Made by a program: the position numbers and the translations under genes | From: Rhodobacteraceae bacterium CG17_big_fil_post_rev_8_21_14_2_50_65_11 | GTDB taxonomy: Bacteria > Pseudomonadota > Alphaproteobacteria > Rhodobacterales > Rhodobacteraceae | Length of the DNA: 64,000 nt | Reading direction: 5' to 3' | Assembly: GCA_002783145.1 (NCBI GenBank) | Contig: PFEX01000231.1 | Location: 10,746 to 74,745, forward strand | The notes under the pieces: model-generated | Databases searched by the model: none | Told to the model about the DNA's origin: nothing | Seen by the model: only the letters and a program-made list of their open reading frames with translations | Shown: positions 24,085 through 33,147 of the stretch, one piece after another | Layout of the letters: each line of letters begins with the position of its first letter | Position numbering within the stretch: position 1 is the first letter of the stretch

Positions 24085-24684
24085 ATGACAGAGTCACGCC
24101 GCCAGATCGCCGTCGCCAGGGGCACCACCCTGTTTGAACCGGGCCAGTCCTGCCCGGGGCTGATCCTGCTGGCCAAGGGCAACATCAAGGTCACGCTGAC
24201 GGCGGCCAATGGGCGCGAGGTCGTGCTTTACCGTGTGCACCCTGGTGACATGTGCCTGCAAACCTTCGCCTGCCTCGTGGAAGGCCGGGTCTATTCCGCC
24301 GAGGGGGTTGCTGAAACCGATCTGGATGGCGAACTTGTGCCGCCCGACCGCTTCCGCGCCCGGCTGCAAAGCGACGCTGCGTTCCGCGACATGGTGTTTT
24401 CCGCCGTTGCCAACCGTTTCGGCGAATACGAGCGGCTGATCGAGGATCTGGCGCTGACCGGGTTCGGGGCGCGGCTGGCGCGGGTGCTGCTGCGGCTGGC
24501 GGATGCGGGCGGCGAGATTCGCGCCTCGCACAATGCGCTGGCGGTGGAAACCGCCTCGGGCCGGGCTTTCGTCAGTCGCCGGATGGCCGAGTTCGCGCGC
24601 GCCGGGCTGATCGACCAGCACCGTGGTGGCGTTACGATCACCGACCGTGCCGGTCTGGAACGGATTGCCGCAGAGGAACGGTGA
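24085..24684 (+). CDS. Crp/Fnr family transcriptional regulator
   Basis: cNMP-like fold (GREVVLYRVHPGDMC) plus C-terminal HTH (SHNALAVETASGRAFVSR); no N-terminal FNR Cys cluster. Confidence 0.88.
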   Translation: MTESRRQIAVARGTTLFEPGQSCPGLILLAKGNIKVTLTAANGREVVLYRVHPGDMCLQTFACLVEGRVYSAEGVAETDLDGELVPPDRFRARLQSDAAFRDMVFSAVANRFGEYERLIEDLALTGFGARLARVLLRLADAGGEIRASHNALAVETASGRAFVSRRMAEFARAGLIDQHRGGVTITDRAGLERIAAEER

Positions 24685-24695
24685 CTCTGTCACCG
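24679..24695. promoter_or_regulatory. Perfect palindrome CGGTGAC-N3-GTCACCG, candidate operator for the adjacent Crp-family protein
   Basis: Overlaps the regulator's stop codon, 63 bp upstream of the DUF2892 gene. Confidence 0.55.
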
Positions 24696-24758
24696 CGTGC
24701 CCGCCGGATTTTGCGCTAGACTTGCCTCATATCGTACGCCTCTTGAAAGGAGCACACC

Positions 24759-24953
24759 ATGATCCGCAACGAAGGAAACATCGACCGCGCCCTGCGCATC
24801 ATCGCCGGCATCGTCCTCATCGCGCTGGTTTTCGTCGGCCCGCAGACCAACTGGGGCTGGGTCGGCATCGTGCCGCTGGCCACCGGTCTTGTCGGCTTCT
24901 GCCCGCTTTATCGCATCCTCGGCCTCAACACCTGCCCGCTGTCGCAGCGCTAA
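24759..24953 (+). CDS. DUF2892 (YgaP-type membrane domain) protein
   Basis: NEGNIDRALRIIAG...PLATGLVGFCPLYRILGLNTC; AAGGAG RBS. Confidence 0.92.
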   Translation: MIRNEGNIDRALRIIAGIVLIALVFVGPQTNWGWVGIVPLATGLVGFCPLYRILGLNTCPLSQR

Positions 24954-25043
24954 GAGTTTTCCCCGCAAGGTCAAAAGGCTCGCAGGGGTATTCTTGGCCG
25001 GGGTCGAAGCGGACACAGCGACACCACGTCCTGAACGGCAAAC

Positions 25044-25076
25044 AGCCACCCGCGCATTTCGACTGCGCGGGTGGCT
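25044..25076. terminator. Stem-loop between convergent genes, probable bidirectional terminator
   Basis: 13-bp perfect arms AGCCACCCGCGCA / TGCGCGGGTGGCT with a 7-nt loop. Confidence 0.65.
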
Positions 25077-25159
25077 TGTGTTCTTGCGGCGATGCCCGTT
25101 TGCAGGCGGCATTCATGCCACGCGTCGGCGCCAGCGTCGAACGCCCCTGCGCCGGTGCT

Positions 25160-25396
25160 TCAGGCGGTCAGCCCGCCATCGCGTTTGCCCGCATCCGGCA
25201 GCCCGCCCGCATGGACCAGCTTGCCATCCACCGAGAGACCGGGCGTCGACATGACCCCGGCCATGGCGATGGATTTCGCATCGGTGACCTTCTCCACCTC
25301 GACCTCGACGCCAAGCTTGCTGGCAGCCTCCTTCATCATTTTTTCGGTTGCTTCGCAGCGCGCACAGCCGGGGCCATAGACCTTGACAGTTTTCAT
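25160..25396 (-). CDS. Small thioredoxin-like redox-active disulfide protein
   Basis: VKVYGPGCARC...GVMSTPGLSVDGK; this family usually follows ArsP/DUF318 permeases. Confidence 0.88.
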   Translation of the reverse strand: MKTVKVYGPGCARCEATEKMMKEAASKLGVEVEVEKVTDAKSIAMAGVMSTPGLSVDGKLVHAGGLPDAGKRDGGLTA

Positions 25397-25408
25397 TGGA
25401 ATACCGTT

Positions 25409-25590
25409 TCAGATCAGGAGGTTGAACAGGAAGCCGGTGGCGAGGATGCCCAGCGACACGACGGCGACAAAGATACCGATCAGGCGAAATGTGAGCACCG
25501 GTTCAAGGATGATCATCTCGGGCAAGCTGCCGAGAATGGAGCCGATCTCCTCGCTGTCGATCCGGGCGAAGGCGTCGAACCGCCATTGGC
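25409..25590 (-). pseudogene. Remnant of an ArsP/DUF318 permease (C-terminal helix region)
   Basis: Hand translation: ...EEIGSILGSLPEMIILEPVLTFRLIGIFVAVVSLGILATGFLFNLLI*, with the SLPEMIIL signature. An in-frame stop near 25628 leaves no room for a full gene. Not in the ORF track. Confidence 0.75.
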
Positions 25591-25958
25591 TGCGGGAAAC
25601 AGGTGGTCCTTGCCTCGCTACCGGGTGCTACCCGTCACGAAATCGCGCGCAGATACTTCTGCGCAACGCCAATGCCTGTGTCCATGAACGCCGCGCATTA
25701 TGATGGCGTCAAAAGCGCGCTGAACTTGCTGCCCAACCAAGGCGGGGTTCACCCTCTCGCAGGTGGCCACGCACAGCCTCGCAGGTGGCCAGGCATGGCC
25801 GTCCCTCAATCATCCTTTGATCTCGACTGTCAGCACGGCCCGCCCATGAACGACGGGTGTCGCGGTGAACCCTGGACATGCGTTGCAGTCTCTGGGCCGG
25901 CCGCGCGTGTCGCGGCCGCCAAAACCTCTTGGCGATACACGCACTTGTGTATAGCATA

Positions 25959-25969
25959 TTATCATATAA
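25959..25969. promoter_or_regulatory. Candidate GntR/FadR operator (autoregulatory)
   Basis: TTATCATATAA dyad in an AT-rich patch just before the gntR start; its reverse complement matches 28671-28681 at 9 of 11 positions. Confidence 0.5.
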
Positions 25970-25980
25970 AAGGGTGTCCC

Positions 25981-26775
25981 ATGGAACCGACCTTGTCCAA
26001 CATGAGATCAGAACTTTCGGGGCGCATCGAGGTCAGAGGCATCCTCGGCGCTGCCGTTGGTGAACTCGCCTCCCGTATCGCGAGCGGCAAGTGGGCGGAG
26101 GGGGCGGTGATAGCGCGCGAGGCCGATCTCGTCGAAGAGATGAAGGTGAGCCGTTCCGTCGTGCGTGAGGCGGTTCGCATACTGTCCGCCAAGGGAATGC
26201 TGAAATCGAAGACGTCCGATGGTACGCGGGTTCAGCCAAGATCAAGCTGGCGACTTCTCGATCCCGACGTAATGGAGTGGCGGATCCGCGGTGGCGACAG
26301 GAAGGCTCTGCTCCAGGACCTTCTACGTTTGCGGCTGGTCATCGAGCCCAGCGTCGCCTATTCCGCGACGATTGAAGCGACGGATATGGCGCGAGACCGC
26401 GTTACCGCCGCGTGGCGGGGCAAGGTGGCGGTCTACGAGGCGTCCGACCTGCCGAAGGACGGTCGCCGCCGCCGCTTCATCGAGGCGGACCTCGAATTCC
26501 ACCGAGCCCTGATCGCCGCGGTGCGCTCGGATTTGCTGGACCAGTTGTTCTCGGTCGTCGAGGCGGCGCTCGAACTGGTGATCGACCTGCAGATGCGGGC
26601 GCGCGGCTACACCAGCGACATGATCGGCATGGACGAGAGCCAAAGCCTGCACGAAGCGGTCTACGACGCCTTCATCGCGCGCGACCCGGTCGCGGCCGAG
26701 GCCGCGATGCACCGGCTCATTCAGCGGGCCAACGACGACGCGACCGACGGCTTCGCTCTGCTTGAAAAGGACTGA
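25981..26775 (+). CDS. GntR/FadR family regulator (DgoR-like)
   Basis: HTH VSRSVVREAVRILSAKGM...GTRV, WRLLDPDVMEW, FCD domain ADLEFH. Confidence 0.92.
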   Translation: MEPTLSNMRSELSGRIEVRGILGAAVGELASRIASGKWAEGAVIAREADLVEEMKVSRSVVREAVRILSAKGMLKSKTSDGTRVQPRSSWRLLDPDVMEWRIRGGDRKALLQDLLRLRLVIEPSVAYSATIEATDMARDRVTAAWRGKVAVYEASDLPKDGRRRRFIEADLEFHRALIAAVRSDLLDQLFSVVEAALELVIDLQMRARGYTSDMIGMDESQSLHEAVYDAFIARDPVAAEAAMHRLIQRANDDATDGFALLEKD

Positions 26776-26784
26776 GACGAAGAC

Positions 26785-27867
26785 GTGGAATTTCTTGATG
26801 ATGCGCTTGTGCGCGCGGTCGCCGATCGCCTCGTGGAGCACGAGTTCCAGTGCTGGTTTTACGGCGATTCGATCGGTTTCGAGGGTCTGCTCGCCGCCTC
26901 CGACGCCCTCGGCGATCCGTGCTACCTGACCTTCTGCCACGGCTTCGCGCGGGCCTGGGCGACGCGGCGCCGCCCGTTCCAACCCGACGACAACACCGCA
27001 CCGGGGCACGTGATGTCGGACCTCGTGGAGCGCACCGGGGACCGCGTGCTCGGCGAGGGGCTTCTCGACCTCGCCGTGCACCTGAAAGCGCGCCGGCACG
27101 TGGGCGGGGTGTCGATCACCTTCGAGGACACGTTGCGGTCGCTGCAACAGCCCTACGGCAACGCGGTGCTGTCGGCATCGGACCAGGCCCTCATGCACGA
27201 TCCGGGGGCGGGTGTCTGGCTCGACTGCATGCACTTCGATCCGCCGTTCTTCGCGCATCTCGCGCGGCGGCGGCCGGACGACGGTTGGGCCGAGGCGGCG
27301 GTGGCCGAGTTGCTCGGCGCGCGCGATCTCCTGCTCGACGAGGCTTCGGGCTTCTATCGCCACTATTGGCTCGAACGCACCGGCCGCGCCCATATCGACG
27401 GCTGGGGCCGCGGGCAGGGCTGGGCTCTTCTGGGATTGCTCGACGTGGCGATCCTGGCGCCCGGCACGCCGGGCTCGGACGCGATCGTGGCCGAAGCCCT
27501 CCGGCTCGCACGCAGGATGGTGGAGACGCAGCAGCCCGACGGCCATTGGCACGCCATGGTGCACGAGCTGCGGTCCGGCCCGGAAAGCTCGACCTCGGCC
27601 TTCATGGCAACGGCGTTCTACCGGGGCATGAGCGCTGGCCTTCTGCCCGAGGAGGACTTTGCCGAGCCTGCCGACCGCGCCTGGCGGGCCATGCGCGACC
27701 GCCTCGACACGCGGGGCAATCTCCTGGGCGTGTCCGCCGCCGTCATGTCCGCATTGGTCGAGGAACACTACTGGCACGTTCCGCTCGACCGGATCGTGCC
27801 ATGGGGGCAGGGACCCGTCCTGACGGCCGAGGCCGCGCGCCGCGCCTGGGCCGCGCGCCGCGCCTGA
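26785..27867 (+). CDS. Glycoside hydrolase family 88/105-like protein
   Basis: WLDCMHFDPPF, GFYRH, WGRGQGW, ESSTSAF, PWGQG motifs of the (alpha/alpha)6 unsaturated uronyl hydrolases; no signal peptide. Confidence 0.8.
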   Translation: MEFLDDALVRAVADRLVEHEFQCWFYGDSIGFEGLLAASDALGDPCYLTFCHGFARAWATRRRPFQPDDNTAPGHVMSDLVERTGDRVLGEGLLDLAVHLKARRHVGGVSITFEDTLRSLQQPYGNAVLSASDQALMHDPGAGVWLDCMHFDPPFFAHLARRRPDDGWAEAAVAELLGARDLLLDEASGFYRHYWLERTGRAHIDGWGRGQGWALLGLLDVAILAPGTPGSDAIVAEALRLARRMVETQQPDGHWHAMVHELRSGPESSTSAFMATAFYRGMSAGLLPEEDFAEPADRAWRAMRDRLDTRGNLLGVSAAVMSALVEEHYWHVPLDRIVPWGQGPVLTAEAARRAWAARRA

Positions 27868-27873
27868 GGCGCC

Positions 27874-28650
27874 TCACTCGTACATGCGGATGGAGACGCC
27901 GCCGTCGACGACGATGTTCTCGCCGATCATGAAGCGCGCTTCGTGGCTTGCCAGAAGCGCCGCGACGGCCGCGATCTCGTCGGGGCGGCACAGGCGGCCC
28001 ACGGGCTGCTTTGCCTCGACCACGGCGCGGGCGCGCGCGGGGTCAGCGGATTTCGCGAATTCGGCCTCGGCGATCGGAGTGTCGGTGTAGCCGGGCGAGA
28101 TCGCGTTGACGGCGATCCCCATCGGGGCGTATTCGAGCGCGAGCGCCCGCGTCAGGCCCAGCATTCCGTGCTTGGCCACGGGATAGGGAAACGTCCCCGG
28201 AATGATCGAGAAGGCGTGATTCGAGATGATGTTGACGATCGCGCCGTCGCCGGCGTCGATCATCGCCGGCAGCACCGCGCGGCAACAGTGCCAGGCGCCT
28301 TCGAGGTCCACCGCCATGCAGCGGCGCCAGTCCGCGTCCGACAGGTCGAGCGGCCGGTCGAAAACGGCGATGCCGGCGTTGTTCACAAGCGCGTCAATCG
28401 TTCCGAAGCGTCGGATCGTCTCGGCAACCATCCGTTCGACGCTTGTTCTGTCAGCGATGTCCGTCGGCACGGCAACCACCTCCGCTTGGCGCTTTCTCGA
28501 AATGTCCTCCGCCGTTCTCTGACCGGCATCGGCGTTGAGTTCCGCCACGACCACGCGCGCGCCCTCGGACGCGAATCGATCCACGATCGCCCGTCCAATG
28601 CCTTGCCCACCGCCCGTGACGATTGCCGTGCGTCCTTTGAGTCGTCGCAT
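27874..28650 (-). CDS. SDR family dehydrogenase, probable aldose (galactose/arabinose-type) dehydrogenase
   Basis: TGGGQGIG, NNAG, catalytic YPVAK within HAFSIIPGTFPYPVAKHG. Confidence 0.85.
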   Translation of the reverse strand: MRRLKGRTAIVTGGGQGIGRAIVDRFASEGARVVVAELNADAGQRTAEDISRKRQAEVVAVPTDIADRTSVERMVAETIRRFGTIDALVNNAGIAVFDRPLDLSDADWRRCMAVDLEGAWHCCRAVLPAMIDAGDGAIVNIISNHAFSIIPGTFPYPVAKHGMLGLTRALALEYAPMGIAVNAISPGYTDTPIAEAEFAKSADPARARAVVEAKQPVGRLCRPDEIAAVAALLASHEARFMIGENIVVDGGVSIRMYE

Positions 28651-28670
28651 GTTCTACCCTCATGTTGACT

Positions 28671-28681
28671 TTGTAAGATAA
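28671..28681. promoter_or_regulatory. Candidate GntR/FadR operator in the divergent SDR/ABC promoter
   Basis: TTGTAAGATAA flanked by TTGACT and TATAAT hexamers in a 92-bp AT-rich intergenic region. Confidence 0.5.
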
Positions 28682-28742
28682 ACATATAATGAGACATAAG
28701 TGAACCAGGTGAATCGGTTCGCGATACCATAGGGAGGAACAT

Positions 28743-29702
28743 ATGAAACGCTTCAACACACTCGGCCTTGCGGTCTGCGCGCTCGGATTTCTGGGGCATG
28801 CGACGTCGGCGAACGAGATAGTCGCTATCTACAAGAGCGGCACCCAGCAATATTTCATCGACCAGGCCGAGGGCTTCCAGGCGGCGGCCGAGGCGCGGGG
28901 CTACGACAGCCGCGTGATCAACGTCGAACTCGATTCCAACCTGGCGATCAGCGCCATGTCCGACGCCATCGCCGGCGGCGCGTCCGGGGTCGCGATCACG
29001 GCGCCCGACCAGGCGCTCGGCCCTGCACTGGCGGCGTCCGCGCGCGAAGCGGGCATCCCGCTGATCGCGACCGACGATCCGCTCGTGGACGAGGCGGGCG
29101 ACCCGGTGCCCTTCGCGGGTTTCAACGGTGTGGCGATGGGCACGAGCGTCGGCGAGCGCGCGGGCGGGCTTCTGGCCACAAGCGGCTGGCTCGACGGCGC
29201 GTCCTACGGGATCATGAGCGTCGAGGTCCAGACGCTGTCGGTCTGCGAGGATCGCACCAACGCCGCGAAGGCGCAGATCATCGCGGCGGGCGGATCGTCC
29301 GACGCCGTGGTGCAGGTGCCCTATGACGGCACCACCGACGCCGCCCTGACGGCGGCGGGCCCCCTGATCACGGCAAACCCGCAGGTCGATCGCTGGGTCG
29401 TGGTGGCATGCAACGACGAGGGCGTCCTCGGCGCCGTCAACGCGCTCGGCAATGCCGGCTTCCAGCCCGAGGACATCATCGCGGTCGGACTCGGCGCCTA
29501 CGAAGCCTGCCGCCCCTGGGCCGCCGACATTCCGACGGGCTTTCGCGCCGCCCTCTACCTCAGCGGGACGGACGTGGGTGCGGCAGCAGCGAACGCGCTG
29601 ATCGACGCCATCGAAAGCGGCGGGCCGCTTCCGCTCAACACGGTCGCCGACACCACCATCGTCGACCCCGAGACCTATGCCGACGTGATGCCCTGCGCGT
29701 GA
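28743..29702 (+). CDS. Monosaccharide ABC transporter substrate-binding protein (AraF-like)
   Basis: Signal peptide, periplasmic binding protein type 1 features (PDQALGPA, IATDD, CNDEGVLG); GGAGG RBS. Confidence 0.88.
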   Translation: MKRFNTLGLAVCALGFLGHATSANEIVAIYKSGTQQYFIDQAEGFQAAAEARGYDSRVINVELDSNLAISAMSDAIAGGASGVAITAPDQALGPALAASAREAGIPLIATDDPLVDEAGDPVPFAGFNGVAMGTSVGERAGGLLATSGWLDGASYGIMSVEVQTLSVCEDRTNAAKAQIIAAGGSSDAVVQVPYDGTTDAALTAAGPLITANPQVDRWVVVACNDEGVLGAVNALGNAGFQPEDIIAVGLGAYEACRPWAADIPTGFRAALYLSGTDVGAAAANALIDAIESGGPLPLNTVADTTIVDPETYADVMPCA

Positions 29703-29760
29703 ACGACGAAAACCGCCGGACCGCCGTCGCAGGCGGCCCGGCAGACCAGGGAGGGCAGAC

Positions 29761-31257
29761 ATGACAATAGCGCTCGACATCCGGTCGGTCGGCAAATCCT
29801 TCCCCGGCGTGCGCGCGCTGCGCGACGTGTCGGTCACGATCGCGGGCGGCGAGATCGTCGCGATTGTGGGAGAGAACGGCGCCGGCAAGTCCACCCTTCT
29901 CAAGATCCTGTCCGGCGACTACCGCCTCGACGAGGGATCAGTCGCCCTCGACGGTGCAGCTCTGGGCCGGGCCACGCCCCTCGAATGTCGCGATGCCGGT
30001 TTCCGGCTTGTGCGGCAGGAGCCCGAGATCGTCCCCTTCGTCAGCGTGCTCGAGAACATCTTCGTGGGCGAGATGCCCCGTGGGCGGTTGGGCCGCGTCG
30101 ACTTCGCCCGGATGCGCCGAGAGGCCGAGGACATGCTTGCGCGCTACGGCTTCGCGGGGTTCCTCGACCTCGACCAGGAGGGCCGCACGCTCTCGCCCGC
30201 GCAGATGCAGCTGGTCGAGATCCTGCGGGCGCTCAAGCCCGGGGTGCGCGTCGTGGCCTTCGACGAGCCGACCTCGTCGCTGACCCAGACAGAGACCGAG
30301 CGCCTCTTCGCGCTGATCCGGCAACTGAAGGCCGACGGGCTCGCCGTCATCTACGTGAGCCACCGTCTGCACGAGATCATGGAAATCTCCGGCCGCGTCT
30401 TCGTGCTGAAGGACGGGGTGCCGACCGGCGATCTCGCCATCGGCGAGACGTCCGAGGACGAGATCGTGCGCCTCATGGTGGGGCGCGATCTGGAGGCGCA
30501 CGGCCTGAACCGGGTCGCCGCCACGCCCGGGGCCGTCGTGCTCGAAGTCAGGAACATCTCCAGCCGCTGGCACAGGGACGTGAGCTTCTCGATCCGCGCG
30601 GGCGAGATCGTGGGCTTTGCAGGACTCGTCGGCGCGGGGCGCACCGAACTGGCCAAGGTCATCTTCGGGGAATACCCGCGCACGGGCGGCGAAATCCTGA
30701 TTGACGGCAAGCCGGTGACGGTCCGCAGCCCCTCGGACGGGATCCGCGCGGGCATGGGCCTCGCGCCGGAGGACCGCAAAACCGAGGGGCTGATCCTCGT
30801 TCGGTCGGTGATGGAGAACGCCTCGATGGCGGTGTTCCGGCGCCTGTCGCGCTGGGGCATCCTGCGTCAGGCCGAGATGTTCGATACCGTCGAGCCGCTG
30901 GTCCGCAAGCTCGCCATCAAGACACCCAGCCTCGACACCGAAGTCGGCAAGCTGTCGGGCGGCAATCAGCAGAAGGTGGTGCTGGCGCGCTGGCTGGCGG
31001 CCTCGCCGCGCGTCCTCATCCTCGACGAGCCGACGCGCGCCGTGGACGTGGGCGCCAAGACCGAGATCTACCGGCTGATCGACGATCTCGCGAAGTCCGG
31101 CCTCGCGATCATGATGATTTCCTCGGAGATGCCCGAGCTTCTGTCGATGTCCGACCGGATCATCGTGATGAAGGACGGGATGATTTCCGAGCCGATCGAG
31201 AAGGCCGCGGCGACCGAGGAGCGGATCGTGAACCTCGCGCTCGGGACGACGGCATAA
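29761..31257 (+). CDS. Monosaccharide ABC transporter ATP-binding protein (CUT2, AraG/RbsA-like)
   Basis: GENGAGKSTL, FDEPTSSL, PEDRK, LSGGNQQKV. Confidence 0.95.
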   Translation: MTIALDIRSVGKSFPGVRALRDVSVTIAGGEIVAIVGENGAGKSTLLKILSGDYRLDEGSVALDGAALGRATPLECRDAGFRLVRQEPEIVPFVSVLENIFVGEMPRGRLGRVDFARMRREAEDMLARYGFAGFLDLDQEGRTLSPAQMQLVEILRALKPGVRVVAFDEPTSSLTQTETERLFALIRQLKADGLAVIYVSHRLHEIMEISGRVFVLKDGVPTGDLAIGETSEDEIVRLMVGRDLEAHGLNRVAATPGAVVLEVRNISSRWHRDVSFSIRAGEIVGFAGLVGAGRTELAKVIFGEYPRTGGEILIDGKPVTVRSPSDGIRAGMGLAPEDRKTEGLILVRSVMENASMAVFRRLSRWGILRQAEMFDTVEPLVRKLAIKTPSLDTEVGKLSGGNQQKVVLARWLAASPRVLILDEPTRAVDVGAKTEIYRLIDDLAKSGLAIMMISSEMPELLSMSDRIIVMKDGMISEPIEKAAATEERIVNLALGTTA

Positions 31258-31276
31258 CGACAGGGAGAACAGGACG

Positions 31277-32323
31277 ATGACGATCATGGAAAAGGGCCGA
31301 CCGGACGGCGGGCCGAGCATATGGAAGCGAACGGCGTCTTTCGTGGGCGCCGAGAACCTCTCGCTCGTCATCGCGCTCGTCATCCTCTTGGCGCTGATCT
31401 CGTCGCAGTCGGAATTTTTCTTCTCGGCGCGCAACCTGCTGAACATCGGGCAGAACATGGCGGTCGTGGGCCTGATCGCGGTGGGCATGACGCTTGTGAT
31501 CGTATCCGCGGGCCTCGACATCTCGGTGGGCTCCATGGCCGGCGCCGCCTCGGTGGTGTGCGCACTCGTCGTGACATCGACGGACTCGGTCGGGCTCGGG
31601 GTGCTGGGCGGTGTCGCAATCGGCACGACGCTCGGCCTCGTGAACGCGACGATCATCACGGTGCTGCGCGTCAATCCCGTGGTGGCCACGCTTGCGACCT
31701 TTTCGGCATTCCGCGGCATCGCCTTCCTCATCGCGCCCGACGGCCGTCCCGTGGGCGTCCTCGATCCCGAGCTGCGGTATCTCGGGTCGGGCCGGGTCCT
31801 GCAGACGGCGGAGTTCCCGGGCATCCCGGTGTCGTTCCTGATCCTCGTCGCGGTCGCCGTCGTGGCCCATGTCGTGATGACCACGACGGTCTTCGGCCGG
31901 TCGATCTACTCGATGGGCGGCAATCCGGCGGCCGCGCGCCTCGCGGGGATCAACCTCACGGCGATGAAGTTCAAGATCTACGCGATCTCGGGCGCGCTGG
32001 CCGGCCTTGCAGGGGTGATCGTCACCGCCCGGACCAGTTCGGGGCAGCCGGCCTCGGGGACCCAGGGGCTGGAGCTTGAGGCCATCACGGCGGTGTTTCT
32101 GGGCGGTGCGCTTCTGGCCGGGGGCAAGGGGACCATCGTGGGAACCATGCTTGCCGTGATGCTGATCGCGGTGCTCGCCAACGGCATGAACCTCCTGGGG
32201 ATCGCGACCTTCTACCAACTCGTGGCCAAGGGCCTGCTGCTCGTCGCGGCCGTGGCCATCGGGCAATGGCGGCTTGCGCGCTCGGAACGCGAGCAGGCCA
32301 AGGCCGCCGCCGGGGGCGTCTGA
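31277..32323 (+). CDS. Monosaccharide ABC transporter permease
   Basis: GLDISVGS, VATLAT, GGNPAAARLAGI, ELEAITAVFLGG. Confidence 0.95.
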   Translation: MTIMEKGRPDGGPSIWKRTASFVGAENLSLVIALVILLALISSQSEFFFSARNLLNIGQNMAVVGLIAVGMTLVIVSAGLDISVGSMAGAASVVCALVVTSTDSVGLGVLGGVAIGTTLGLVNATIITVLRVNPVVATLATFSAFRGIAFLIAPDGRPVGVLDPELRYLGSGRVLQTAEFPGIPVSFLILVAVAVVAHVVMTTTVFGRSIYSMGGNPAAARLAGINLTAMKFKIYAISGALAGLAGVIVTARTSSGQPASGTQGLELEAITAVFLGGALLAGGKGTIVGTMLAVMLIAVLANGMNLLGIATFYQLVAKGLLLVAAVAIGQWRLARSEREQAKAAAGGV

Positions 32324-33147
32324 TGGACATCCTGGAGACGGACGCCATCTCGCTCGGCGTCGATCCCGACTTCGGGGCCCGTGTGATGCGCATGGCCGAC
32401 CGTCGCTCCGGGCGGGACTGGCTGGTGGGCGGGCCGCCCGAGGGCTCGGCCGCCGAGGATGCGGGCTACGGCGGAAAGGCCGCGCGCGGATGGGACGAGT
32501 GCTTTCCCACGGTCCTCTCCTGCACGGACGCCTTCTGGGGCCGGCTGCGGGATCACGGCGTCCTCTGGGGCCGCCCATGGCGGACCGTGGACCGCGGAGC
32601 GACGCATGCGACCCATGTGTTCGACGGCACGGATTTCACCTTCGGACGGACCATCGCGCTCGCCGGGGCCGCGGTGGAGGTTCGCTACGAGCTTGCGAAT
32701 CTCGGCGATGCGCCCATGCCCTGGATGTGGAGCCAGCATTGCCTTCTCGCGCTTCGCCCGGGCGAGGTCTTCACGCTCGACGGTCTCGGGCCGCTGGTGT
32801 CGCGCGGGGGTCGGTTCGCGCCCGGTCCGGTCGAAGGGCCCGAAGCTGGGCGCGCGGTGAAGGGCTATGCCCCGGTCGCGGGGGCGGCGCGCGCGGGCGT
32901 GTCGGGACCGGACGGCGGCATCGTGTTCGAGTGGGAAGAGGCCTGCGTCGGCCATTGCGGGATCTGGTGCGACTACGGCGGCTGGCCCGCCGAAGACCCC
33001 GTCCACCAGGTCGCGATCGAACCGACCACGGCGCCCGCCGACGACCTCTCCGGCGCCGGGACGGCGCGCCTTGTCCTCGACCCTGGCGCGCGCAGCACCT
33101 GGTCCATCCGCATCACACTCAAGACGTCGCAGGAGGCACTGACATGA
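32323..33147 (+). CDS. Aldose 1-epimerase/galactose mutarotase-like fold protein
   Basis: GWDECFPT, DHG, WSQH, VAIEPT motifs; TGATG overlap with the permease. Confidence 0.7.
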   Translation: MDILETDAISLGVDPDFGARVMRMADRRSGRDWLVGGPPEGSAAEDAGYGGKAARGWDECFPTVLSCTDAFWGRLRDHGVLWGRPWRTVDRGATHATHVFDGTDFTFGRTIALAGAAVEVRYELANLGDAPMPWMWSQHCLLALRPGEVFTLDGLGPLVSRGGRFAPGPVEGPEAGRAVKGYAPVAGAARAGVSGPDGGIVFEWEEACVGHCGIWCDYGGWPAEDPVHQVAIEPTTAPADDLSGAGTARLVLDPGARSTWSIRITLKTSQEALT

